57,656 nucleotides of DNA, from the NCBI RefSeq assembly GCF_000315625.1, contig NW_005434642.1, positions 162,446 to 220,101 of the forward strand, given 5' to 3'. Positions 28,080 to 40,904 of the stretch are shown in pieces. Made by a program: the position numbers and the translations under genes. Under the pieces are notes generated by a model. The model saw nothing but the letters and a program-made list of their open reading frames with translations. It was not told where the DNA came from and made no database searches. The DNA is from Guillardia theta CCMP2712. Its lineage: Eukaryota; Protista; Cryptophyta. Within the stretch, counting starts at the first letter, position 1, and each line of letters opens with the position of its first letter.

Positions 28080-31000
28080 ATGGCGAGTGGGCGGAGCCTT
28101 GCGAGGCCTTTCATGGCGCGAGGGAGCGGAGGAAGCATGTCGACTGTCCTCACCTCCTCCTCCTCGCCGTCATCTCTGACGATCTCGTACCTCTCCGCCT
28201 CCTCCTGCACCAGCACCTCCCATGGTGGTCAAAGCAGCAGTTGCAGCGACAGGACGAGAAAATCCCCCGCGCTTCCCCACATTAGGACGCAGAGGAGATG
28301 CTTCCCGAGCTCCTTGGCACAAGGATCAGCTCGTGTGTTCTTCATGCCGCTGGCAGCGGCATGGAGGCGGCAGCAACTCTCCAAGATTAGAGGATGCAAG
28401 TCCAGAATAACAGAGACCAGCGTGCCATCCAGGGGCTTCACACAGACTTCAGTCCTGCCTGCAGCAAAGACTTTGGACAGGGTGATGATGAAACAGCTAT
28501 CGGTGCAATGTGTCATAGGCTGCAACCCGGATGAACGAGACATGTTGCAGGAGCTCGTGATTTCCATCTCAGTCTTCACCGATCTCAGGAAGTCCCTCGG
28601 GGAGCACGTGAAGAAATGCGACGTCCTGGACGAGATGAAAGTTCGGGCGCAGTCGCCTGACTGGGCTTTGCATGCAGCATCGGAGTTGGCAGGAACGCAC
28701 AACTACTCGACCTTGGCGAAGATAGCAAGAAGGATAGCGGAGGAGGGAAAGTTCTTTACGATAGAGGCGCTGGCCGAGTGTATCTCCCGTGAGGTGATCG
28801 TAGAGTGTAACGCAAGGAGGGTGACTGTAGAGATCGACAAGCCTGCTGCCTTGAGGAAGAAGGGAGCCCGGGCTGCAGCTGTTGAGATCACTCGCGATAG
28901 AGAGGACTTCATCTTCAGCTCCTTGCCCGAAAACCCCGACCATGGCAAGGCCGTGAAGCAGCATGATGCTGTCTTCCATCAGCTCTCTGCTCAGCATGCG
29001 GCAGCGACTGAGCCGATTCAACTGCATCCCAACGTCGCCATGATTGCATTGGGCTCAAACGTTGGGAACAGACCGCAGAACATCCAATCAGCTCTGAAGC
29101 TGCTGGAGACGAACAAGTGTCAGGTCCTAGCCACATCCTTCCTCTACGAGTCGCCCGCCTCCTACGTGACCAATCAGCCTTCTTTTGTGAACGCTGCGTG
29201 CAAGATCGCGACATCTCACGGGCCCGACGAGCTACTCAAGGTGTTGAAGGTGTGCATGTCAGAATACCCGACGTTCTGTCAGCTGATCAGAGTTTTACAT
29301 CTCCAGGTCATCGAGAAAGAAGTAGGAAGGCAGGAAAGATTCAGGTGGGGACCTCGAGAGGTCGATCTAGACATCTTATTCTACAATCACTCGGTATGCC
29401 GTCAAGTGAAGCTGCTTGCGACAAGTCTCAAGCTCATTGCAGGTCTACGAGAACGCTGACCGGACGCTCACTATTCCCCATCCGCGGGTAAGCTCCCTCC
29501 TCCTTCGAGCCCTCCTCCGTCTCTCTCAGACACCTGCTCATCTTCGACCTGTCGAACTTGATTGCTCATGTTCCTCCTCCAGTTGTGCGAGAGAGACTTC
29601 GTCCTCGGGCCTATGTGTGATATCGAGCCTGGATGGATCCATCCGGTTCAAAGGAAGCCTGTTGTATCTATCCTCAAGGAATTGCTGCAGAGCCAGAAGG
29701 TATGAGCAGCACCTTGTTCTTTCCCAGCACAGAAGCATCCTTGACTCTTACTGGCACCTCAACAGGCCGATCGCTGCACTCTGAGCAGGATCTTTCCTGT
29801 GAAACAGAGCGGTTCGAGGTTACAAAAGATGTCAGAGGGAGAGAGTGGAAGTTCAGACTTCATGCCCTTGTCTAGCCGGGGATCTTACACAAGCATCATG
29901 GGCATTCTGAACGTCACGCCGGATTCCTTCTCTGATGGAAACAAGTTCTTCGACCTGCAGTCTGCGGTATCTTGCCTCCCCCCCTTCACCTCTGTATCCT
30001 CCCTCGTCCCTCTGTACCTCTCTTTCATTTTGTTCCCATCTTCCATTCCCCTTCGCTACCTTCCTTCTGTCAGAACCTCTCGTCCTTCCTTCTAAAACTG
30101 ATCCACCCTCCCTGACTTCTTCTGCCCATTCTTACGCTCTTGTTATAGCTTCGACAGTTCAAGAACATGGTGGCTGCCGGCGCAGATGTCATCGATATTG
30201 GCGGCCAATCTACCCGACCTAATGCCAAATACTTGGAGGCCGAAGAAGAGCTCGAGAGGGTCTTGCCGCTGATAGAGGCAGTGAGAAGAGAAGGTGAGGA
30301 GCGGATTGAGGGATGAGTTCTGATGGCCATGGCCAGGGATTGACACCCTAATCTCGATCGATACCTTTCATAGTGCGGTGGCAAAGAAGGCAATAGAAGC
30401 TGGGGCAGACATGATCAATGACGTTTCAGGTGGTCTCTTGGACCCCAAAATGCTCGAAGTGGCGGCCGCTCTACATGTAACACGTCTGCCCTTTGTTTCT
30501 CTGCCGTGCTGAATTACGCCTTCTCCATGCTCAACCCTCGCCTTGGTTTCCTCCTCTTCTTCCTCTTCTTCCTCCTCCTTCTTTCCTTCTCTCGGCATGT
30601 CACTTCCTTTCTCTTTCCCTCTTCTCTCGTTACTTCAGGCTCCCATCTGCCTCATGCACTACAGAGGCAATGCGGCGTCCATGCAAGATCTTTGCAACTA
30701 TCCTGTGAGAAGTCACTGCCACCCTTGGACTCGCTCATCTCTACGTCCACAGGAAGATCTCGTTGCCGCCGTTGCGTCGGAGTTGCGCAGTCAGTGCAAC
30801 GCGGCGTTGAAGGCGGGGGTGGTGAGTCGAACAGGAACGAGGTTGTGCTTGCTTGCCTGACGTCCTAACAGCCCAAGTGGAACATTATCGTCGATCCCGG
30901 CATTGGCTTCGCAAAGACATCAGAGCAGTCGGTCGCTGTGCTGAGAGACGCGAGAAGGTTTCAGGACCTCACCTCCCCCTTTGGAGATGTTGTACCGCGC

Positions 31001-31290
31001 GGTAGGTTGAATCCTTGTTCCTCTCCGGCTCACGCGCTATCCTTGCAGTTCCGCGAGTGGAGGAGCTCTCCTTGGATCGATCATTCCCTCTCTTGATCGG
31101 GCCCTCTCGCAAGTCCTTCATCGGAAGCATCCTGGAAGAGAAGGACGCGGCTAGTGAGAGGAGGCTCTGGGGGACTGCCGCCTCCTGTACTGCTGCAGTG
31201 CAGCAAGGAGCAAACTTCTTGCGGGTTCACGACGTGAAGCAGATGAAAGACGTCGCTGCTATCGCTGATGCAATTTATAGAAGAGGATGA
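28080..31290 (+). CDS. FOL1: Trifunctional folate synthesis enzyme DHNA(FolB)-HPPK(FolK)-DHPS(FolP) with an N-terminal organellar presequence
   Basis: DHNA: VIGCNPDER...NYSTL...TIEALAE...IDKPAA...VEITR. HPPK: IALGSNVG, QPSFVN, RWGPREVDLDIL, LTIPHPR. DHPS: MGILNVTPDSFSDG, IDIGGQSTRP, INDVSGG, DPGIGFAK, GPSRKSF, LRVHDV. Confidence 0.93.
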
Positions 31291-31324
31291 AACTTCACAG
31301 GCAGATAAAACCACGCAGAGTGAA

Positions 31325-32233
31325 TCAAGGCTTCAACCCCAAAGAGTCCATGATCTACCGAAGAGAATGTTACGACAGGCTCCTCCTCCTACTGCATCGA
31401 ACCTTCTTGTAGATCTCTAGAGTCCTCTCAGCGTCTCGCTTGGCATCATTCATGTACTCGTATCCTCTCCTGAAAAAATTCTCAGGACAGATGGAACACG
31501 AGGTGGCTCGTACTTGGGTGCGGTGGACGTATCGGCGAAGATGGCTGAGTAAGCGTTTGAGTCGATCTCTTGTAGACTCTTGTCAAACTCCTCGAAGAGG
31601 TCGATGTCCACCTGTTGTCATGCATGAGAGCGGGGGGGGCGGCCGGGGGGGGGGGGGGATGAAGGGAGCAGCATGCTGTAGACTGCAATCAGCGCATTCA
31701 CCTGCTTCCTTAAGAGAGCCTTTCGGATACCGAGCAACGGACTTCTGCTCGCAAACTTACTTGCAGCTCGATGCAGGTGGAAACTTACTTGTTCCCAACC
31801 GTACCGACTTGTCGCCTAACGTTATCGCCATTCAGTTCGTCCCCGCTCCCGGCGTACTTGGTCCAGTTCTCTATAAGATCCACTAACGTTGCATAGCCTG
31901 CTCAGGAGTTGCTCAGGAATTGATGAGCAGCCCGCGAAATGCCAAGAGCTCACCAGCACGAATCTTCTCATCATCCACATCTTCGGCAAAAGAAGTTGTA
32001 GGCATGGCAAGCAGAGTTCCGAGCAAAATCTTGTTCACAGCACTTCGCTGTAGGAGCTTACATGTTTCCTCCGACGACGAGCGAACTGACATCGAGAGAG
32101 CGAGCTTCCTCTCTTTGGCAGCACTATGAATAGAAGCTGATGAAATGGAAAGAGGAGGTGACCCTGGGTGACAAGGAGCAAACGCCATCGCTGCTGCTGC
32201 GCATGCCAGCACGAGGGTCAGCTTTCCAAGCAT
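31325..32233 (-). CDS. Nucleus-encoded plastid protein, probably thylakoid-lumenal and helical
   Basis: Signal peptide ending AMA|FAP, Ser-rich transit region, second hydrophobic stretch ending TSFA|E. Mature part GYATLVDLIENW...GDNVRRQVGTVGNKSPLLGIRK...IDSNAYSAIFAD...IMDSLGLKP*. Confidence 0.75.
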
Positions 32234-33187
32234 GGCGGATGAGGCGCAAAAGCATACGGAAGGGACGAGGCGGGCCTGGAACAATCCCCAATGACTCCAG
32301 ACTCCACTGACCGTGTGACCGTACTCCGACTGGGTCAAGCGCGGCGGCTCAGTTGACTCCCGGCGCGACGAGTCAGGCGCGGGCCGGGCCCGGCCCGGTC
32401 GAGCCGGCAGCTCAGCCGAATGAGTCAACCTGCCAGCCTCCCCGGGCCCAGTGCTGACCGACCGCCACAGGCCGCGGGGGACTCAGAACTCAGACGGTGC
32501 GAGCGGCCCGCCGGGCGGCAACCGTGCTACAGTGGCACTGTCGGAAATTAACTTCTGGGGCCCCGCGGGTGCCAGCCTCGGTGATCCGCCTTGCCTTGCG
32601 GGCCCAGCACTGCGAAGCCCGCGCCCCCGTGCTTGCAGTGGCGCACTGTCATACTGGCCGCTGCACTTCAAGCGGCTTTGGGATGAGGGCAGGCGGGGGC
32701 AGCTTGGATCAACTACTTTTGCTGCACTGCGGCAAGGCGAGGTGTAAACGAGTTTGCAATCAGCATGTGGAAAGCGTGACAGCGACTGGGTGGCAGTATG
32801 AGGATCCTCAGGAGTTTGCGGTTGTACCTCACCACCACTGTTTCACATCACAGATCAGGCCCGGAGAGCAGTAAATGAGTTAGCGGGATATTGAAACTTG
32901 TATTTCCATATGTGTCAACACCGCAAGTGCGCGCGGGGAGAGGCGGAAGAAGCAAGAGCGGAGCAGTTGATGGGAAAGATCAAGCAAGGAATCGCTACAA
33001 GCGAACAAGGAAGTAGCGGGAGCTATGAAAGCAATGAAAGGAAGCGGCACGATAGGAGCAAGGAAAGTCAAGGCCAGGGCCCAAAGCCTCAAGGAAGTCA
33101 AGGAGAAGAGGCGGCTTTATTCATACTCCCTTCCTCTCTTAAGCTAGCTCGCTCTAGCCGAGGATCCGGCTAGGTGCCAGCTACGCG

Positions 33188-33373
33188 CCCTTACATGGGA
33201 GCGAAGGTCGGCTCCTGCTCTGGGCTCTTTGCACCACCGCGCTTTCCCTTGAGCATGGGAGCGAAGGTCGGCTCCTGCTCTGGGCTCTTTGCACCACCGC
33301 GCTTTCCCTTGAGCATGGTGCTCAAGGTCGGCTCCTGCTCTGGGCTCTTTGCACCACCGCGCTTTCCCTTGAG
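33188..33373. repeat. 60-bp tandem repeat x3
   Basis: Unit CATGGGAGCGAAGGTCGGCTCCTGCTCTGGGCTCTTTGCACCACCGCGCTTTCCCTTGAG. Confidence 0.95.
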
Positions 33374-33556
33374 GATGCTGAACAACATGGCTGCGGTCAG
33401 CAAGTCAGGGCTCGAGTCTCAGCACAGCACAGCACAGCATGTCTATGAGAGGCACGGTTGCTCTGGTACTGTCACTACATGCAGTCCTAGCTCCCTCCAA
33501 CGATCATGCAATGCAACCGCTCATGCCACCCCCCCGTGTACTTGTGAGAGTACTCC

Positions 33557-33662
33557 ATCTACTGATCGTCGTATCCTGTCTCTATCTACTGATCGTCGTA
33601 TCCTGTCTCTATCTACTGATCGTCGTATCCTGTCTCTATCTACTGATCGTCTTATCCTGTCT
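33557..33662. repeat. 27-bp tandem repeat x~4
   Basis: Unit ATCTACTGATCGTCGTATCCTGTCTCT. Confidence 0.93.
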
Positions 33663-33925
33663 TCGACTTCTCATGTCCTCATGTTTCTCTTCGATCTTGT
33701 CGTACCTGCTTGACGCGCTTGTGTGAGTTCTGACCCTTCAGGCCTGCCTGAAATACTCTTGGCTGTTGGCGTCGTAGGGGGCTGACATAAGGATGGTCCT
33801 AGGAAGTCTAATAGGGGGCAACCATAACAACAACACCGAAGAAAAAAAAAGCGGAATTATTATTATCCAAGCCGGCGCTTCGACTCTCAGTGAAGACCAA
33901 ACGTATCCGGCCGCGAAGCCCGAGA

Positions 33926-34329
33926 AGAGAAGGGCGCATATCGTATGTCGTCAGAGAAGGGCGCATATCGTATGTCGTCAGAGAAGGGCGCATATCGTAT
34001 GTCGTCAGAGAAGGGCGCATATCGTATGTCGTCAGAGAAGAGCGCATATCGTATGTCGTCAGAGAAGGGCGCATATCGTATGTCGTCAGAGAAGGGCGCA
34101 TATCGTATGTCGTCAGAGAAGGGCGCATATCGTATGTCGTCAGAGAAGGGCGCATATCGTATGTCGTCAGAGAAGGGCGCATATCGTATGTCGTCAGAGA
34201 AGAGCGCATATCGTATGTCGTCAGAGAAGGGCGCATATCGTATGTCGTCAGAGAAGGGCGCATATCGTATGTCGTCAGAGAAGGGCGCATATCGTATGTC
34301 GTCAGAGAAGGGCGCATATCGTATGTCGT
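33926..34329. repeat. 27-bp minisatellite x15
   Basis: Unit AGAGAAGGGCGCATATCGTATGTCGTC; a G>A variant in units 5 and 11. Confidence 0.97.
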
Positions 34330-34599
34330 AGCTTCACAGGATGCAGCATGTCTAGCGTGGCAGCCAACGCTCAGAGCACCTCCTCGCTGCACTGTCAAGA
34401 TAGCAGGTGTAGTGCAGCGATGTGTACTTCTGTTGCGACGCTAGACTTGCATGGCAAACATCCCGAGGACAGATAGAACAGACGCCTGGGTGCTATGGGG
34501 AGGAGTGGAGGCAGCGCCGCAGTTCCATGGTGCACGAGCGAGATGAATTTGGTCAAGCCTCATGATGAGCATCTGCAGGGTCACTGCCGAAGTCCTTCG

Positions 34600-36175
34600 C
34601 ACACGATAGGAAGCTGTACTCAGGCTGAGTCAATAATATCTCTTGCTCCTTCTACATCCCCCGAGCTGCGCAATTCGATGACGTGAAGGTCCGATAGGGA
34701 CAGCTCGAGAGACACTGAGGGCAGGGGCAGACTGAAGCAGCTGTCACCTCTCTTGTCGCGTTTAGATGCCAGTTTACACTTACAGCTCTCATTCTGTCCC
34801 CGCCGGAGGCTCCTCTGCCCTCGGCCTGTTATGATGGTAGCAGGTGACTTTAGAGCGGCAGGCAAGCAGGGGAAGTTGTACTCACGATGACACAGGAGAT
34901 GCGTACATGTTCCTGTTGACAATTTCCAGTCCTTGCATCAAGGCATCTGTGAGAGCGCGCGCCTTCGCGGCCTGAGCCTTCTCCTCCTTGATTCTCTCGT
35001 TGGTTTCCTCCTCTAGTTGCTGTTCACACGTTGTAACATAAACAGACTGGACATGAATCTCCTCAAGATGTCTTACCCTGATCAGATCAGCCATTTCCTC
35101 TCGTATCTTCTGCTGCGCGACAGTACTCTCCACGTCGTTCAGGTCGCTATGCTCGAGAGGCAGCAGGCGATATCTGCAGCAACATGTGAAACGAAGAGCA
35201 TGCAGCGTAGAGATCACCGTGATTCTTCCTGGATGCCTTGCATTACGTCCTTCTCGTCGTTCAGAATCCTCCATGTGGACAGGAGCTGATCGGGGATCGT
35301 CTCGCGAAAGTTGATGTCCTCTTTGAACCGATCCTGCGAGCAGCTTTGGTGGTTGCAATGCACGAATGGTATGGTTGGACCTGACTCACGATGAGCAGAC
35401 CTTCTTGACATCTTTTGTATAACATTCCAATAAGCAGACATGACCAAGAGTGACAACAGTTTCGATTTACCTGTCGCACTCATGATTGATTTGATTCTGT
35501 AGTTCTTTGAGCTGGATTTCAGCGTCGACCTTTTTGTTATGTCATGTCATTCCCAATCCTTGACTCGATGTTGAAAGCATGCACCTCTGCTTGAAATAGT
35601 TTTTCAGACGCGATACGAAGCCTTTCTTTCGCTTCATCCAACTCATCTTGCAGAGATTTGAAACTTTTTTGAGTGTCAGTTTGTGGATGCAGCACGGATC
35701 GAGACTACCCAGCTTCGACTTGAGATACTAGTTGTCGTTGAACTATGTCCAGCCTTGTACTTAACAGCTTGTCGATTAACATGTCAGACTCTATTCTTTC
35801 CTTAATATTCACTGAAAGGTCTTGGTTCAATCCTAGAATCAACACCTGCTTCAGTATGGACAGCAAAGCAGATTTCATTGTATCACTGTCAAGATAGACG
35901 ATGTTCTTGTCTATCCGATCTTGATCTAGCCTTCTCCTGGCATCTTGGACTCCCTCGAGCTCGTGCAGCACGGGGGCATATTCTTCGGGGAACCTGTTCA
36001 TGGCATCAGCACAATCAGCCACTGTTGGAGGGCAACATGTAGCGTGATGCTGCTGAATTTCACGGACGAGGCACCTGAGGAGGTGGGAGAAAGGATCTCT
36101 GTCACTCGACACGTCGTTGTCCTCCTCCACGCCATCGTTGTAAGACTCCGCGATCGACAACTTTGAGCTCAGCAT
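34600..36175 (-). CDS. Multi-exon coiled-coil hypothetical protein
   Basis: MLSSKLSIAESYNDG... plus E/K/Q-rich exons (QQLEEETNERIKEEKAQAAKARAL). 3' end uncertain. Confidence 0.55.
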
Positions 36176-36400
36176 TGCCAACTTCTTCGGCCCGCCCCGC
36201 TCCAACAAGTTTTCCGTTTCCCTCCCTTCTACTACTACTGGAAACTTTGAGTGAAGGAAACCACCCCTGGGGGGGACCCCTGGCCACCCCTCGCCGGAAA
36301 GGCACCGAAGTTCAAAGCAAACGGGCCGCACCGGGCCGGCACACGGTGATCGGGGCCACTGGCACTGCTGCAGTGCGGCCGCAGTGGCACTAACCGTGAA

Positions 36401-36430
36401 CCTTTACTCAAAGTTAAATTAAAAATCAGT
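36401..36430 (-). repeat. Dispersed AT-rich element A, copy 2 (inverted)
   Basis: Reverse complement reads ACTGATTTTTAATTTAACTTTGAGTAAAGG. Confidence 0.85.
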
Positions 36431-36934
36431 GAACAGTGAGTCGGACTCAGTCGTGGACCGTACCGTAGTACTGCATCGGACTGTGCTCAGTGCCGCGTGC
36501 AGTGCCTGACTCCGGGCGCCGGACACTCGGCCCGGGAACTACCGGAGTCCGCACGGTACGAGTCAGTGGGAAGCCAAGAATCCTCTCAGCCATGATGATT
36601 CTTGAAGTGACCGGGCCGAAGGGCCAAGAATCCTCCGACCGGAGTCTGATACTCGAAATACATTGTTTACTTGCAATCTCTATTCATTAGTGTAGTAGTG
36701 AATCCTGATCGGATCAACTGAGCAGGGCTAGGTCACTGTCATACACTCTCCGGGCCGGGGAGTCCTGCGGGAAGATTTGATAGTAACGAGCGGCCATGGC
36801 TCAGCTTGACATCATTCGTTGACGTGAGCAAGATTCTTATGCAATGTAAAATCAGATCTTCAACATTCATTGTCATAGTCACTTCATGGTGACAGGGTTG
36901 AACTGGAAAAACAATTTTTTTTCCTGCCGCCGCA

Positions 36935-37099
36935 TCACAGATTGTGACACAATCCCTTCTTACAAATGCTGATCAAGTCCACTTACAAATGCTGATCATG
37001 TCCGTGCTGTATCATCTTTTATCTGCATTCACAGATTGTGACACAATCCCTTCTTACAAATACTAATCAAGTCCATGCTGTATCATCTTTCATCTGCAT
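36935..37099. repeat. Local direct duplication overlapping the stop codon and 3' UTR of the 37083-37754 gene
   Basis: TCACAGATTGTGACACAATCCCTTCTTACAAAT at 36935 and 37029; GCTGTATCATCTTT.ATCTGCAT occurs twice. Confidence 0.85.
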
Positions 37100-37754
37100 G
37101 ATTGTGGATGACTTCTTCCATCTCTTTCCTGCTTTCCTCCTCTACCATGTTCGCAAGGTCCCATCGTGAGGTGCGTTGTACCCCAGAAATCTGTTGATCA
37201 TCCCCACTTGATTTGGCTGAACCAAATTTCTGAGCCCTCGAGAATTGCTGCTGAAGCTGCTTGCCAAAAGAAACCTTCTGAAAAAGCTTATCAATGTCAT
37301 GGCGCAAATTGCGGGACTGTTTAGAATCCGCACGCGCCACATAATTTTGATTCTGCATCAATCCAGTGGATCCAAAGGGTTGAGATTGTAACCTACTTAT
37401 TGCCTGCAGCTTGTATGGATTTACTTCTGCAAGCAAGTGAACAAGGTCGTCTCGCGCCGATTCTTTTTTCACTGCTTCTTGTTTCAATTCATCGAATACT
37501 TGAATCAGCTCATCATGCAGCGCTTTGAGGCGTGACTTTGCAATTTCATATCTGTTCTTTGACACTTCCAATGCTAGAGCCTTCCTCAAGTCATTTCTTT
37601 GATCTTCTCCAAGTTGTAGCAGTTGAATGGGGGAGTCTTGCTTCGCTCGGTCAATAAATGGTGACACGATGAAGGTACAAACAATCACAGCTATAACTGA
37701 CGCAAGAACCAACGACAGTCTTCGAAAATATTGCCCCCTTGTCTGGAAAAGCAA
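37083..37754 (-). CDS. Type II membrane / signal-anchored coiled-coil protein; true start probably in an upstream exon
   Basis: RRLSLVLASVIAVIVCTFIVSPF followed by heptad-rich sequence; 223-codon ORF. Confidence 0.6.
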   Translation of the reverse strand: MLFQTRGQYFRRLSLVLASVIAVIVCTFIVSPFIDRAKQDSPIQLLQLGEDQRNDLRKALALEVSKNRYEIAKSRLKALHDELIQVFDELKQEAVKKESARDDLVHLLAEVNPYKLQAISRLQSQPFGSTGLMQNQNYVARADSKQSRNLRHDIDKLFQKVSFGKQLQQQFSRAQKFGSAKSSGDDQQISGVQRTSRWDLANMVEEESRKEMEEVIHNHADER

Positions 37755-38494
37755 AAGTCACAATCCTGAAAAGGAGGGGGAAAAATTCTTCCAGAGAATG
37801 CAAAACGTCAAATAGAAAGACAATCAAGGAAAGTTGATGAAAAGTTTGAATGCATACAACTCCAAAATGAAACACGATATCATATCTAGTTGAAATAACA
37901 CGCAACATTGGAAACGACGATACGATGTAATCCTGTAAAAAAGAGCGCTGAACAAGCACAGGTCACCATCGCTTCCCTTACCCCTTCATCGCTTCGCTGC
38001 ATCGGCTCCGTCGGCATTTCACACCCAAAATAACTGTCTGTTACAGATTCCCAACGGTTACAGGATTTCTTCAGGACCGGTGGTTTTGTCTGAATTTGTA
38101 CCCACATGTTTCTGTACTACCTACCCTACCTTTTCGTAGCTCATTTTACTATAACCCGTCCTGGTACAGAGAGTGATCACCAATATGCGGGAAATGCCGA
38201 AGCGTCGTCATGGTTGTGCACGATGAGTAGCGCCCACAAGGAGATAACAGGGGCTCTTCTCTGAGGGAAACATCCACATCTCTTCTCCGTTGAGATACGA
38301 CATCTCCTTCTAATTACGTCGTCAAGGTATATTGGTCCACCTAGCTGGTCAAATACTTCGCATCTGGCAAGTCCCGCGTACTCCGAGACGGGTATCAGAA
38401 GAGTCTGTAGTTGCTTCCTGGTTGTATGTAAGAGGGATTGTTGGATCTATTCTTGAAAGAACAAAGTGATCTCAGGTGTAGACCAGCTGCGATC

Positions 38495-40612
38495 ATGAAG
38501 CCATCAATCCTCTCAATATGCGCCGCTGGTTTTCTGCTTTCGGCCCTGCTTGTCGTGAACGTGATTCGAACTTTTTCTTCTTCGAGTGCAAGCATTCAAA
38601 AGCCCTTAAGGCGAACTTTATTGATGCAGAATGCCGACGAAGGGGCTTCTTCGATCAAACCATGGGTGGATAGCGATAGTGAGCAAGCTTCCTTCATCAC
38701 TGGCTCACCTGCTACTCAGCCAGCGCTGTTGGTGGACCCAAAGAACAGAATCAGTCATCCTTTAACGGGGGCGAATGCAGAGGCTGCAGAATCCACTTCC
38801 GAAGAACCTTATGGCTCCAGCGTAGGCGATGAGTCAGACTCCATGATTGATCTGGGAGACAGCCTTGAGAAACGGCATGAAAAGCAGCCGGACTTTTACC
38901 CTGCCAAGGGGGTCAGGCTTTTCCTTCAGATTCAGAAGAAAGTCTCCAGATACCAGAGAGCTCTCACGAAACAAAAGCTGCATAGAATAAGAAACATTGT
39001 CCTCAAGTACAAGAATCGGGGGCTGCCTCAATCTCTAGTCGCCTCATCTGGGCCCTCCAGTGCAGCCGGGTCATCTGGCACAGGACCGAGGGGTGCATGG
39101 TCAGGGCAGACGTATGCTGCTGCTCCAGACGCCCCCACCGATGATTTTTCAGCCACACCCTGGCAGTTCCCCGGGCAGCCGAATCTTCCATCCAACTTGA
39201 AGCGTTCACTTGGACAGGTCCCGGACTTGGTCTCGGACCATCTGCACAATGCAGAATTCGAGGAGATGCTCGACACATGCAAACAGGATGCGAGCTGTGC
39301 TGCTTTGATGAGTAAGGGGTTCTGGTGGCTCTTTGGAAAGCCATGGCGGAGGTGCACGTTGACATCAACTTGGGCTTGCAATCCTTATCACTGTGATTCC
39401 AATCAGCCTGGTACTACCCAGTGTCGGTACTTGCAAGACAACCCAATACAGGCGTTGGTGGATCTAGATGTACGCTGTTGGGATACTGGGAGGTCGATGT
39501 GGCAGTTTTCGATGACTAGGGACGGCTGTCAGGATTACCTGCCGTGGAAGGGAGGCACGGGTGCCCACGAGTACCTTCGTATCGGATATCAATGTCACGG
39601 TTGCGGCGGGCACCATTGCCCCTGTGGGCCGCCATGTGTGAACGAGCCAAACTTGACTCCTCGCGGCTGTACTTACCACTGGACTTCGTGCGCGCCAGGA
39701 TCGGGGCCTGGGAAAAACAGAATGAGCAAGAATTGGGGAGGAAGTGGGGATCTGGGACAGAATGACTGGCTGGCCCACCATGTGGTTCAGTGCCCACCCA
39801 ACACGTACCTGAGTGAATGGAGGGTGAGCAGAGAAAGATGCCCCTCAGGATTTTTGCGCATTCGCTACCGCTGCTGTGAGAACTACTGGGGGCCCTGCCG
39901 CACCTTGTCTACGTCAGGATCCACATCCTCGTGGGCAGACGGGCTGGAAAACCACAACGTCCAATGCGATCCGAGGTACGCGATGGTGACGTGTGATTTT
40001 GTTGACTGAGGGGTGATGACCTGTGATTTTGTTAACTGATTGGATGAATAAGGACGGAATCTCTCAACCACTTCCAATGGACCGGAAGCAACTTCGTCTA
40101 CACCTGCTGCTGCGACAATATTTGCTGTATGCCAGCGTTTGAAGGAGGGCGTGCGAAAAAGCAGGTAATGTTCGTTGTTGCTAACCTCTGCCCTTCCTCT
40201 TCTTACGCGCAAGGGATCGCAGATACCCTACTGGCCGTACGGTCTCATCAACCCGATCCATCCGCAAGAGCCACAGCGACCGGATGATGGCGCATGGACA
40301 CGGTGACCTCGATCTCTCTGGCGCATCATGAGAGCTAATGGGACCTCCGGCGCATTGCAGGAATCCTCCAGATTCTCCAAACTACCTCACCCATGGCAGC
40401 GATGTTACCAAACACCCTCGACCGCCGCCCGACGATCCCAACTGGATGAGAGGACATCTGGACCCAACAGATCACCACGAGTAAGTCGTATGCGCATCCT
40501 TTGACAACAAAACTGACTTGAGGGTGGCAGATACAGCATATGGAAATCTAACCCAATCGCACAGTTGGAGGCAATATCTAGTCACCTTGATGGGAAACAC
40601 GATCAAACATGA
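38495..40612 (+). CDS. Signal-anchored or secreted Cys/Trp-rich protein with repeated L..H.VQC...Y.CC modules
   Basis: ILSICAAGFLLSALLVVNVI; modules WLAHHVVQC...IRYRCC and GLENHNVQC...FVYTCC. Phase-consistent downstream exons end ...DGKHDQT* at 40612. Confidence 0.75.
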
Positions 40613-40873
40613 CAGGTCAACCACACATCCCTAAATCACAACTTTTGTTTTGAAGAAAACATGAAAGTATTCCTGGCTCGACCCTCGATTGATTCGAACA
40701 TTCCCCTTGCTGTGCAGCTGATCGATGTGAACAACTAATGCACCTCTGGTGAAGACGAGCTTAGGCAGTCTGTGCTGACCTCTCTTCATCTACGTACGAC
40801 AGCGGCGGCATGATTTTCCCGCTCATCTCGACCATTTCGCACGCAAGGAAGAAATGCACCCACATGTGTAATT

Positions 40874-40904
40874 GTCACGCTAAAACTCCACTATAGCTCC
40901 TCAC
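40874..40904 (+). repeat. Dispersed element B, copy 1 (GTCACGCTAAAACTCCACTATAGCTCCTCAC)
   Basis: 29/31 identical to 52625-52655. Confidence 0.88.

Noticed and set aside
33926-34329. 27-bp repeat array as a CRISPR array
   Set aside because: Units are head-to-tail with no unique spacers, there are no cas genes, and the context is eukaryotic.
33793-34476. Repeat-peptide ORFs (RRAHIVCRQ, REGRISYVV, MSSEKGAYR, TTYDMRPSL)
   Set aside because: Open frames follow automatically from a stop-free 27-nt unit; nothing favours any one frame.
36243-36415. AACTTTGAGTGAAGG ... CCTTTACTCAAAGTT as MITE terminal inverted repeats
   Set aside because: Only 15 bp with a mismatch, no target-site duplication seen, and the other copies of motif A have no inverted partner.
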